A stretch of DNA of 45,939 nt, taken from NCBI RefSeq assembly GCF_001194135.2, contig NC_068983.1:88927020-88972958 (forward strand), in the 5' to 3' direction. This document shows positions 1-11,336 of the stretch, in pieces. Made by a program: the position numbers and the translations under genes. The notes under the pieces are model-generated. The model made no database searches, had not been told where the DNA came from, and worked only from the letters and a program-made list of their open reading frames with translations. How positions within the stretch are numbered: the stretch's first letter is position 1; the number at the start of each line of letters is the position of its first letter. This DNA is from Octopus bimaculoides. Its lineage: Eukaryota.

Positions 1-238
1 GTGGCACATAAAAGACACCATTTCGAGCGTGGCTGTTTTCGTGCGGGTGACACGTAAAAGCACCCACTACACTCTCTGAGTGGTTGGCGTTAGGAAGGGC
101 ATCCAGCTGTAGAAACTCTGCCAAATTAGATTGGAGCCTGGTGTTGCCATCCGGTTTCACCAGTCCTCAGTCAAATCGTCCAACCCATGCTAGCATGGAA
201 AGCGGACGTTAAACGATGATGATGATGATGATGATGAT
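1..238 (+). mobile_element. RTE-LINE 3' end / RTE-tailed SINE fragment
   Basis: gttaggaagggcatccagctgtagaaac...aacccatgctagcatggaaagcggacgttaaacg followed by a (GAT)n tail. The same module recurs at ~6900-7080, 12750-12870, 21000-21130, 28215-28375, 36270-36420 (reverse) and 45020-45165. Confidence 0.8.
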
Positions 239-304
239 ATATATATATATGTTCATCTTTTTGGGGATTTACTATTTCTATGTGTATGTATATATATATA
301 TATA

Positions 305-676
305 TGTCGTGGCACTCTGTCGGTTACGACGATGAAGGTTCCAGTTCATCCGATCAACGGAACAGCTTGCTCATGAAATTAATGTGCAAGTGGCTGAGCA
401 CTCCACAGACGTGTACCCTTAACGTAGTTCTCGGGTAGATTCAGTGTGACACAGAGTGTGACAAGGCTGGCCCTTTGAAATACACGTACAACAAAAAAGT
501 GAGAGAAAGTTGTAGTGAAAGAGTACAGCAGGGTTCGCCACCACCCCCTGCTGGAGCCACGTGGAGAATTAGGTGTTTTCACTCAATAAACACTCACAAC
601 GCCCAGTCAAGGAATCAAAACCGTGATTCTACGACTGCAAGTCCACTGCCCTAACCACTGGGCCATTGCGCCTCCT
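305..676 (-). mobile_element. tRNA-derived SINE material (head at ~590-676, SINE body at 305-490)
   Basis: Reverse complement has an A/B-box tRNA-like head (ggcgcaatggcccagtggttagg...gattcc). The body matches the plus-strand SINE copy at 33825-34130. Confidence 0.75.
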
Positions 677-719
677 CAAACACACACACACACACACACA
701 CACATACATACATAGAGTG

Positions 720-827
720 TCGAGGTTATGATCGTGAGGTTGTGAGTTCGATTTCCAGACCAGTCTGTGTTGTATTTTTGAGCAAGACACTTTATTTCAC
801 GTTGCTTCAGTTCACTCAGCTGCAGAA
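720..827 (+). mobile_element. tRNA-derived SINE 5' part, cut by gap
   Basis: B-box gagttcgatttcc followed by ttgagcaagacactttatttcacgttgc, shared with 33870-33930. Confidence 0.7.
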
Positions 828-927
828 NNNNNNNNNNNNNNNNNNNNNNNNNNNNNNNNNNNNNNNNNNNNNNNNNNNNNNNNNNNNNNNNNNNNNNNNN
901 NNNNNNNNNNNNNNNNNNNNNNNNNNN
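828..927. other. Assembly gap (100 N)
   Basis: N run. Confidence 1.
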
Positions 928-939
928 TTTTTTTTCTGT

Positions 940-1360
940 ATTTTACCTTCCACTCAGTATTTTTCTTGTGCATGTGCGTATATAGACATGTATATGAAAT
1001 TTTTGTGCGCATGTGTGTGCGTGTGTGTGGGTATGTATATATGTACATGCACATGTGTATGGTTGCATATGTACGTGGGAGTCCACGTGAGTGTAAGTGA
1101 GCATATGCATACATAGCATGTATGTTTTTAGACGTGCATTTGAATATAACTGTACGTGTATGGTTATGTGCATGTGTATGCGTGTGTGTGTGTATGTGCA
1201 CACATGTGTGGATTTGTATGCGTGTACATGCATGGTTGCATATATATGTGCATCTATTTGACTATGTGTAGGTGCACATGTGTGTGTTTCATGCGAGTCT
1301 GAGTGAACATATGCATATAGGCACATGTACGTGGGTGTGCATGCACGCATGTGTATGTAT
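940..1360. repeat. Degenerate (TG/CA)n and TGCATG low-complexity tract
   Basis: Visible composition; produces spurious H/T/M/Y/C-rich ORFs. Confidence 0.85.
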
Positions 1361-1361
1361 G

Positions 1362-2318
1362 TATCAGGTCATCTCATAAGTTCTGTCTGAGTTTACCTTT
1401 TTTAAAATTGAATGGAATTTAATAATATTTTAGAATGTCTAATGGAATTAAAAATTAATTTTATGCATTTGTGTACATTTAAACTAATTAAATATTATTT
1501 TACAGAATAATAGAATTAAAATTTCTTTGATTAAAACCCTTTCTAACATGGAAGTATCTAAAGAGCATTTGAGGCACATAATGCATTATGATTACAAAAA
1601 AAAAATCTGCAGCCAAAGCGACTCGAAATATACACTCAGTTTATGGGAAAGAATGCTTGAATGAAAGAACTTGCGGAAGATGGTTTGCAAAATTCAGAAG
1701 TGGAGATTTCAGTCTTGAAGATGAAGATCGAACAGGACGTCCAGTTGAGTTTGATGATAAGCTCCTTGAGGCATTACTTGAAGAAAATCCTGCATTATCA
1801 GTTGAAGAATTGGCAATAAAGCTTTGTTCAAACCATACAACTGTTCATCGTCACCTTCAACAGCTTGGAAAGGTTCCTAAACTTGGAAAATGGGTGCCTC
1901 GTGAATTGTCCGAAAGCAACCGCAAATACAGAGTTGACAACTGCTCTTCTTTCCATTCATGCGAACTCATCTCACCCTTTTTAGATAGACTTGTGACTGG
2001 CGACAAAAAATGGATCTTCTATCAAAATGTTAAATGTCGTAAACAGTGGCTTGGTAAAAGGGAAAAAGCTCAACCACAACCGAGAAGGGAACTTCATGAG
2101 AAAAAGGTTCTCACTATTTGCTGGGATTGCAAAGGAGTAATTCACTTTGAATTGTTACCACCTAATGCAACAATCAATGCTCAAGTCGACTGACAGCAAT
2201 TAGAGCGTTTGAACCAAGCTTTGAAGAAAAAAGACCCACTTTAGTGAATCGAAAAGGAGTGATGTTTCATCAGGACAATGCGCGACTCCATACTGCAAAG
2301 ATCACATCTGCAACTCTC
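1362..2318 (+). mobile_element. Mariner transposon relic, 3'-truncated
   Basis: TA plus TIR-like start at 1362. Transposase from ATG 1548 with a frameshift at a poly-A run. HTH, WVPREL (WVPHEL), VTGDKKW (first catalytic D) and QDNARLH motifs; stop at 2191; ends where the LINE begins. Confidence 0.9.
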
Positions 2319-4275
2319 CCATGAAAAAGAAAGAGTAGAAGCCTGGGCTATAGACAACATAAAATCTAACTGCAGAGCCTTCTACAAGTTTGCCAAAGAA
2401 ATAGCTTCAGTGCACTGCAGGGTAAGGCCACTCCTCAAAAAAGTTGGTTCACTCACAGGAAACCCAATGAGGATAAGTGAAATACTAAATGAGCAATTCA
2501 AAAGTGTTTTCCCTCCAGCCCCTAGGACACTTGCAAGTCAGTAATCCAGCTGACTTTTCTGCCACTGAAATATAGAAACAGAGGCAATGATGATTGGTTA
2601 CATCAATATAAAAGAAGACATAATAAATGCTGTAGATGAAATGAACCTGAACTCAGCAATCCTTTTAAAATAATGGAAGCAAGTCCTAGCAAGACCACTG
2701 TAGTCCCTCTTCTAGAGCTTTCTTGTAACTGGCAAACTTCCAAGGAAGCTGAAGGAAGGTAAAATATGCCCTATTCATAAAGGAGGTAGCAGAACAGAGG
2801 CCAAAAACTACAGATCAATCTCTCTGATCTCACACATCAGCAAAGTCATGGAATGAATAGTCAGAAGAAAAATAATCACCTTCCTTGAGGAAAATAACTT
2901 GCTGATACCCAACATGGTTTCCAACCAGGAAGAAGCTGCCTGACTCAGCTCTTACAACACTATGACTGGGTGTTGAAACAGCCGCTCAACCTCTTAAATG
3001 TGGATGTGATATATCTCAATTTTGCAAAGGCTTTCAATACAGTTGATCATAGAATGATATGTCACAAACTGTGTGATCTCGGCATAGTCGGAAAATTGGA
3101 AGAATGGCTGCATGACTTTCTGAAGGATAGAAGTCATGTGGTAGTAGCCAATGGGGCCACCACCAATGACACACAAATAGTGAGTGGTGTTCCACAAGGC
3201 AATGTTTTGGGTCCATTGCTGTTCATAATGGCCCTCTCAGATATGCCCTCAGCCACACACAGAACCACAATCACAAGTTATGCAGATGATACAAAAGTCT
3301 CACAGGTAATACAGAACCCTGAAGACACTATGCACCTGCAATGTGAGCTGGATGAAATATACAAGTGGGCTGAAAAGAATAACATGCAGTTTAATGCTAA
3401 AAAGTTTCAAGCCTTGTGCTATCAGCATGCAAAACTGAATGCAATACCAATTAAATATACAAGACCTGGAGGGATTGCAATCCCAGAGACACAATCAGTG
3501 TGAGACCTGGGCATTTACATGAATAATGATGCAGCCTTCCATGTGCATGTTGCTAAGTTGGCAATGAAATGCAGGTGGCTCACAAGATGGATTCTTAGAG
3601 CTTTTAGAATGAGAGATCAGGAAACCATGATGGTCCTCTGGAGGACATTTGTCCAAAGCTGCTTTGCCTATTGCTCCCAACTATGGTCACCAACCAGTGT
3701 AAAATTAATTGCAGAACTTGAGGCAATCCAATGAAGCTACACAAAGATAGCCTCTAGGCAGCATATAAGCTACTGGAAAAGACTCAAGAGATTGAGACTC
3801 TATTCCCTAGAGCATAGGCAGGAAAGATATGCCACAATATACATCTGGAAGATCTTAGAGGGACTTGTCCCAAACTTTGGCATTGAGAGTTACACTAATG
3901 CCAGAACAGAGCACCAAGGCATAGTACCAAAGACTCCAACTTTGCCATCAAAATATAGAACAAGATATTGCAACATCCTGGGCTTTAAAGGCCCACAGTT
4001 CTTCAATATCCTCCTAAAAGACCTGAGAGACCTACATGGGGTGGATGTAAGTGTCTTCAAAACGAAACTAGACCACTTACTGTCAAGTGTGCCAGATAAA
4101 CCAACTTCACAGCAGGAAGTGCAAATGAGGGCAGCAGCATCAAAGTCCCTCATACACCAAACACCAATTTCTAAAAACAATTAGTGAAGTAAAATTATGT
4201 AGCAACACAGACTGACAGTACCCCAGCATGGCCACAGCTCATGAGCTGAAACTAGACCAATTCAATTCAATTCAT
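2319..4275 (+). mobile_element. CR1/L2-type non-LTR retrotransposon, 5'-truncated and degenerate
   Basis: RT motifs QHGFQPGRSCLTQL, DVIYLNFAKAFNTVDH, SGVPQGNVLGPLLF, YADDTK; 3' tail ends in (CAATT)n. Confidence 0.92.
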
Positions 4276-4351
4276 ATAATATATATAAATATATATATAA
4301 TCATAAATATATAGGGATTAGCAGTATCCTGCTTCTAAATATATATATATA

Positions 4352-4424
<73 letters not shown>

Positions 4425-4425
<1 letters not shown>

Positions 4426-4620
4426 GGTTCAAAAAAAGACAGTGTTACTACGGATAGTGTTACTAGACGATCAGGAAAGGAAAGAGAGAGAGAGTATGAC
4501 GTTTCGGGCGGAGCCCTTCGTCGGAAACAAGGAAAGTTCAAAGAAGGGAAAAACGGAGGTGTAAAAAGGTTGAATGTAGATTTGTCCTTTAATTTGGAGG
4601 TTTCCCAAAAAGATTTCTAA
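4425..4620 (-). mobile_element. Probable Penelope-like terminal-repeat fragment with a minimal hammerhead-like motif
   Basis: Minus strand reads CCGACGA-A-GGGC-TCC-GCCC-GAAAC-GTC at 4498-4524. Confidence 0.45.
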
Positions 4621-4690
4621 TGTTAATTCTTCATATTTTGCTAGTAGTTTACAGGCATAAATTTGCAAAGATATGAAAATAATACTAGTA

Positions 4691-5259
4691 TATGAAGTGT
4701 GGTGAATTTGTGGAAAGAAGTCCCATAAAATCATCCAATTTAGTTAAAAAAGAAGACAAGTTGTTAAAATATATAAAAGAATTTTAATTCATGCAGACCA
4801 TCATTTCGTACAGAGATAAAAAAAAATGCAAATTCATGATTGAATTGATTTAGATTAAACTAATAGAATTAATTTAATTATCTATATCATTGTACTCTTC
4901 AGTGCAGGAAGTATGAACAAAAATTTACAATGAACTTTAGAAAGGATATAGCAGAAAGAATTTAGGAGATTCATATTTTTATCCTTGTGAGAAAGAGATG
5001 TGAGTCAAGTTAGTTATTAACTATAACTTTTGTTTATACTTCCTGCACTGAAGATTACAATGATATATATAATCAAATTAATTTAATTAATTTAATCTAA
5101 TTCAGTTCAATCATGATTTTATATTATTATTATTATATCTCTGTACAAAACAATCATCTGCATGAATCAAAATTCTCTTATATAGTCTAACAACTTGTCT
5201 TCTCCATTTTTAACTAAATTAATGAGTTTTATGGGACTTCTTTCCATAAATTTACTACA

Positions 5260-5266
<7 letters not shown>
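4691..5266. mobile_element. Foldback / MITE-like element with ~235-bp inverted arms
   Basis: 4691-4923 is the reverse complement of 5027-5266 (e.g. ggaaagaagtcccataaaa / ttttatgggacttctttcc; cttcagtgcaggaagtat / atacttcctgcactgaag); TA context at the ends. Confidence 0.8.
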
Positions 5267-5299
<33 letters not shown>

Positions 5300-5337
5300 C
5301 ATACACACACACACACATGAACATACACATATATATA

Positions 5338-5500
5338 GGGAGAATTCACAAAAAACACAAAAGACGAAGACAGGTGGTGTAGACAATAAACAATTAATGC
5401 TTGGGAAGTGAAAAAGTCTTTAACGTTTCGAGCCTAAACTCTTCCACAGAAAGAAACAAAGGGAGAAAATAAAGAATGTGTAGTGGCTAGCGATCTGTCA
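5338..5500 (-). mobile_element. Probable Penelope-like terminal-repeat fragment with a second hammerhead-like motif
   Basis: Minus strand reads TCTTT-CTGTGGA-A-GAGT-TTAG-GCTC-GAAAC-GTT-AAAGA at 5417-5454. Confidence 0.45.
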
Positions 5501-5664
5501 TGGGGAATGCCAGACAGGGGGGGGGGGTCACACAGGAGAGCTAGGAAGAAGAAAGGAGATAATATATATATATATATAGCAATAATAAATCTCTGAGCGA
5601 GATGTAAACAGTAGCAGCATGACATCGTGAAGTATATTTGACACTTAAATGTGGTTTACTCATA

Positions 5665-7080
5665 TGGGATGATGCTACTCTAGCTTATAGCCCCAGGAAG
5701 ACACTGCCAGAACTAGAGACAAAGTTTAGGGTGTAGAAGCAAGGTCTAGAATCAAAGGGCCTTAGGGTTAACCTAGCCAAAACCAAAATCTTAGTAAGTA
5801 GGAAGGCTGTCAAATCACAACCCACTTCAGGCTGACAGCCCTGCTCAATCTGTAGAAGAAGCATGGGTAGAAACTCCATACGATGCATCCGGTGTAAGAT
5901 ATGGACACATAAAAGGTACAGTAATATCAAGGTTAACTAGGAAAATAGTTTTTGTGTGTGGCAGATGCACTGGGGCAATAAACACTGAAGATGTATAGAA
6001 AACAGATTCCATCACATGTCAGAGGAAGAAACTAGAAGTAGTTAATAGCTTCTGCTACCTAGGCAACCAAGTCTGTAGTGGGAGTGGTTGCTCTGAGAGT
6101 GTAGCAACTAGAGTAAGAATAGCCTGGGTAAAGTTCAGGGAGCTCCTACCTCTGCTGGTAACTAAGGGCCTCTCACACACAGTGAAAGGTAAACAGTATG
6201 ATGCATGTGTGCGAACTGCCATACTACACGGCAGTGAAACATGGGCCATGAATGCTAAGGACATGCATAGGCTTGAAAGAAATGAAGGAAGTATGATCCG
6301 CTAGATATGTAACATCAGTGTGCATACACAACAGAATGTAAGCGACCTGAGAGAAAAGTTGAGCATAAGAAGCATCAAATGTGATGTGCAAGAGAGGCGA
6401 CTATGCTGGTATGGCCAAGTGTTACGTATGAATGAAGACAGCTGTGTGAGGAAGTGCCACTCCCTAACTGTTGAAGGAACCTGTGGCAGAGGTAGACCCA
6501 GTAAAACATGGGATGAGGTGGTGAAGCATGACCTTCGAACATAGCCTCACAAAGGCAATGACAGGAGACCGGGACCTTTGGAGATATACTGTGAGTGAGA
6601 AGACCCAGCAACTAAAGTGAGATCACAGCCACGCACGTCCAGCCCTGTTAAGAATACTCCTGATGCATCGGGTGATATGATATGCTTGAGAAGACTTGTT
6701 GAGTCAAGTAAAACCAGTATGGTGCCAATGGCATGTAAAAAGCACTGTCCGAATGTGGTCGATGCCAGGCCCACCTGACTGGCTCCTGTGCCAGTGGCAC
6801 ATAAAAAGCACCATCAAAACGTGTTCATTGCCAGGTCTGCCTTACTGCCAACCAATCATGATCGATGCCAGTACCCACTGACTGGCTCTTGGGCCAGTGG
6901 CACATAAAAAGCACCCACTACACTCTCGGAGTGGTTGACATTAGGAAGGGCGTCCAGCTGTAGAAACTCTGCCAGACCAAATTGGAGCCTGGTGCAGCTG
7001 ATGGCTCTCCAGGCCTCAGTCAAACTGCCCAACTCATGCCAGCATGGAAAACAAATGTTAATCAATGAATATGATGATGA
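5665..7080 (+). mobile_element. RTE-clade LINE 3' fragment with PHD-like finger and repeated tail
   Basis: [65 protein letters not shown]; tandem gccagtggcacataaaaagcacc units; (GAT)n tail. Confidence 0.88.
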
Positions 7081-7131
7081 ATATATATAATATATATTTG
7101 TGTGTGTGTGTACTATACATATAGCAAATGT

Positions 7132-7175
<44 letters not shown>

Positions 7176-7269
7176 TCTGTAAATAATAATATTCATAAGC
7201 TTATAAACATTATTATTATTTACAGAATTGTCACTGGTTACTATTTCTTTACATTTAATGCAGAAACGC

Positions 7270-7540
7270 ACGTTTGTTTGTTTGAATATGTATGTGTGTG
7301 TGTATGTATGTATGTATGTATGTATGTATGTATGTATCAAGAGCAGAGCTCATTAGCCACCAACGGAGCCGTAAATGCAAAATGTTCCTAAAGGTCGACA
7401 ATGGTCTTCCTCGGTCACGAGTGGACGGCCATCATGTATGTATGTAGGTATGTGTGTGTGTGTGTGTATGTATGTACGTATGTATGTATGTATGTATGTA
7501 TGTGTGTGTGTTTGTGCATGTATGTATGTATTATAAATTT
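7270..7540. repeat. (TATG)n/(TG)n microsatellite cluster
   Basis: Directly visible. Confidence 0.9.
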
Positions 7541-7796
7541 ATTGTATGATTCATTTGAATTCAAGTGTTTTAACATTCAGGACACCAGGTAAAAGTCAAG
7601 TTCAGCACATACGTGTATATGCTACACACATGCATATATAAAAATATCCATATATATCCTTACATGTACACATATATACACACATACATATAAATATACA
7701 CCCATGCACACACTCACGTAGGGTCAGAATTCAATGCAAGTTCCAGATATAAAGTGAAAGTTCCAGGTATAGTGTTTGCATGAAATAAACACACAG

Positions 7797-8470
7797 ATGG
7801 GTTTAAAGTTTCACTGCAGCTGTTCTTGACACATTTTTTATTGATGAATTGTTCAATTGCATCGTGGAAAAACCGTTTTCTTTAGGTGATTAAAAATTTG
7901 GTTTGGAGAAAAAAATACAAGATATGGGTATGGGTTGACCCTCTCAGTTAGGCATTACTGAAGAGAGTGAAAACATATGAAAGGTAAGCTAGATTTAACT
8001 GGCTACGATGTCAGAGGTCAATGGGTCATAAAACAATCATTGGATAATGCAACAACTAATTTATTTCTTTAAACATGACTAGATAGATAACTAGAGATAA
8101 ATAGATGAGAGGAAGACAGAGTAAAACAAATAGAGAGGAGAGGATGGAATAAGGGTTAACAGTGTAGTATTGTCAAAGCAGACATTCTGGATACTACACC
8201 ATCAACCCTTATTCCATCCACTCTTCCCTCTCCTCCCAATTTTTTCTCTCTGCCTTCCTCTCATTTATCATATCCAGTTAAATCTAGCTAACCCTCAGTG
8301 TGTATTCAGTCTTCAGTGAAGCCTGAAAGGGTCTATCTACATCTTGTGGTATTTTTGTCTCCAAACCAAATTTTTAATCACTGGCAGTAAATGATTTTTT
8401 CATGACTTAATTGAGCTTTTCATCAATAAAAAAAGGCATCTGAAACAGTTTTGGTGAACCTTTAACCCGT
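7797..8470. mobile_element. Foldback element (~670 bp, centre ~8178)
   Basis: gtgattaaaaatttggtttggaga / tctccaaaccaaatttttaatcac; agctagatttaactgg / ccagttaaatctagct; ggatggaataagggtt / aacccttattccatcc. Confidence 0.8.
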
Positions 8471-8504
8471 TTGTATTCTTATTTTATATTATATGTATAT
8501 ATAT

Positions 8505-8717
8505 ATATATCCTTTACTTGTTTCAGTCATATGACTGCAGCCATGCTGGAGTGTTTTAGCCAAACAAATCAACCCCAGGACTAACTTTATATTTTTTTAA
8601 GCCTAGTACTGATTATGGGGATGTAAACACACCAACACTGGTTGTCAAGCAATGATGGGGGACAAACACAGACACAAAGACACACACAGATACAGATATA
8701 TACATATATATACATAC

Positions 8718-8794
<77 letters not shown>

Positions 8795-8920
8795 TGTACA
8801 ATGGGCTTCTTTCAGTTTCTGTCTACCAAATCCGCTCACATCACTTTGGTCAACCCAAAGCTATAGTAGAAGACACTTGCCCAAGGTGTCACTCAGTAAG
8901 ACAGAACCCAGAACCATACA
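8505..8920 (-). mobile_element. Composite tRNA-head SINE with internal (TA)n/(TG)n
   Basis: Same family as 20425-20723 (minus), 35885-36185 (minus), 42640-42965 (plus) and 9260-9400 (minus tail). Confidence 0.85.
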
Positions 8921-9559
8921 TTTATTTTTTTCAATTCATTTGCAAACAACTTGCAAATGCAAGGGCTCCACATACCAGATGTTAGCAAGCTTATGGGATC
9001 ATCAGAAGAGAATATGCACCATTTTGGGGCCTTCCTCTCAACAGTATTATTGCACACTTGGCCCCTCACTAAGATGAGGCCCCACTTGCTAGATCAACTG
9101 GTTGCTAGGTTTCACTCAATATTCTTCTAGCTACTGATCATCGTGTCTTTTTAACCAAATCCAGTGGCTTGCCTTCTCCACTGTAGTTTGGATATTACTC
9201 ATGATGGTATTAGCTTTACGATGAGTTAGATGTAGCAACAACAACAATAAATATTATATACTTTTTCATTTACTTGTTTCAGTCAATAGACTGCAGCCAT
9301 GCTGGGCATTGCCTTCTAGAGTTTTTAGTCGACTGAGTTGACCTCAGTACTTTTTTAAGCCTAGTACTTATTCTATCAGTCTCTTTTGCCAAACTGCAGA
9401 CCAGCTGCTGGATGCCATTATATATATTTATTTGATTATATATATACATGTGGGTGTGTGTGTGTATAACATTAACTATTCACAGTTACAGAAGAATTAC
9501 TAATGGTTTCATTCTTTAAGGTACATTAAATTGGCAGATTTATATAACATGCCATGAAC

Positions 9560-10732
9560 AAGGGTCAGCTGAAGAGTTCATAGACTGACTAAGATACTCT
9601 CATGGAATATGACTAAATGAAGTTTATTTTACAACAGCGCCCCCTTGCAGTTCACATATTTCATCATTTGAAGTGTTGGAGTGCTTGAATCTCATTGATG
9701 AAGAAGCTTCCATCCTGTTGCTCACAAAAGTCATCAACAACAGATACTGATTCCCAGTCAAAAGTTTTTTCATATTGGGGAGCAGATGATAGTCAAATGG
9801 GGCCAAATCAGGAGAATAGGAAGGCTGATCAACCAGTTCAAAGCCACAGTCATGCACAGCAGTTATTGAAACCAAGGACCTGTGTGCTGGAGCACTGTCA
9901 TAATAAAACAAGACCCCTTTCGTCAGTTTTCTTGGATATTTGGTCCTGACAGCCTTTCATAACAGCTTCAGCAAATTAGCATAGTACTATCCATTGATGG
10001 TGTGGCCCTTTTGAAGATAGTCAATAAACACAATGCTTTTTGCATCCCAAAAAACTGAGGCCATAACCTTCCCTGCAGATGAAACAACCTTGACCTTCTT
10101 TGGAGCAGGTAAGGAGGGGCTTTTCTACTGCATGGATAGTCTCTGTCTCTGCTCAAAGTGATGATTTAGAAAACGTTCAAGGAAGCAAGCACCATCAAAT
10201 TTTCCCATGATGTGATCAGCCTGGTACACTTTTGATCAGTGGTCAGATGTGTTATTCACTGAGCAGAATCCTTCACTATGCCAAGTTCATTGTGAAGAAT
10301 ATTCTCAACTCTCTTACAGGATATGCTAATAACATTGGTGAACACAATCAGTGTTTTCCTCAGTGGTGGCAGTTGTAGGATGTCCAGGGTCATCTTCAAG
10401 ACTCTCCCCTCCTAAATTCAGCTGCTCACTTTTGCCTTGATGATACAGCTGGAGTGTCATCCCCTAATGTAGCAGCCATGTCAGCATAAATTTCATTAGG
10501 GTCTAAACCCTTTTTCTGCAGGTACTTGATAGCACCACTATGCCAAATTTTATTCATTCTCAAGAGTAGTCACTACTAGTTACTTCTGAAGTCTTTGAAC
10601 AGTCAGGTGTCAATTTACCTAGAAAGAAACAATGCAGTTATTAATACAAAAAGGTGAAATTAATGCATACAAGATTTCACAGTTGTAGCGTCACTCCTTC
10701 ATAGTCTGTCTACAAACTTTTTGGCCCACTCT
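9560..10732 (-). mobile_element. Degenerate near-full-length mariner element
   Basis: Imperfect TIRs (gggtcagctgaagagttcatagactgact vs agtctgtctacaaactttttggccc). Minus-strand fragments IKYLQKKG, GKVMASVFWD, DSAPAH and YSPDLAPFDY with frameshifts. Confidence 0.85.
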
Positions 10733-10755
10733 CCTATCTCCAAACAATCTCTTAA

Positions 10756-11336
10756 GCTCAGTTCATAATGTTAGATGTACTTAAGAACCATGATGCAGGT
10801 CTATGGGAAAACATTAAAAAAACTAAGAAAAAAGGAGAAGAAAAAAACACAAAGAAAGCTGATGCAAAAGGTGAAAGAAGAAGAAAAAAAAATTAAGAAA
10901 GCCAAGATCATCATCACAAATGCATGCCACAAACAATCAAGAGGAGAATCGTGGAGAAATCTATGCCATATATAAATGGATAAAAGAGATACAAATTATG
11001 TGTAACTGAAAGATCACACATCCTTTTTAGATCCAAGAATTTAACCACACAATTCCAGAACTGAAAGTTTGAACAGATTTCTTTTGTCAAACTGCAGGAC
11101 ACTACCCACTCTGGATTCAGTTGCTATCTCCCAGGCTTTGGCCTCCTTTCTGTTATATTATTCAACACCAGCTATATGAATTATGCTTTCTAAATCAAAG
11201 AGGATGAAGATCTTGGTTTTCTTTCTTTTCTTTTTTTCATTCCACTTTTTGCATCAACCTTCTTTGTGCTTCTTTCTTCTTGTTTTTCTCATAGACCAGC
11301 ATCCAGGTTAAGTACAAATAACATTATGAACTGAGC
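10756..11336. mobile_element. Diverged inverted-repeat (foldback) element, ~150-bp arms
   Basis: gctcagttcataatgtta..gtacttaa / ttaagtac..taacattatgaactgagc; tgatgcaaaa / ttttgcatca; ccaagatc / gatcttgg. Confidence 0.7.

Noticed and set aside
742-1350. Long H/T/M/Y/C/V-rich ORFs (also 4335-4620, 7113-7592, 8587-9077, 11612-12128, 12963-13393)
   Set aside because: Translations of (TA)n/(TG)n/(TATG)n microsatellites or N-gap read-through.
4880-5090. Hammerhead core in foldback arms (CTGAAGA)
   Set aside because: No properly placed stem II closing pair or GAAA in either arm; same result for CTGAAGA in the 7797-8470 arms.
10775-11102. Second exon of the ZGPAT-like gene
   Set aside because: No LxQVExAL-type continuation in any minus frame; the region is a foldback arm and core.
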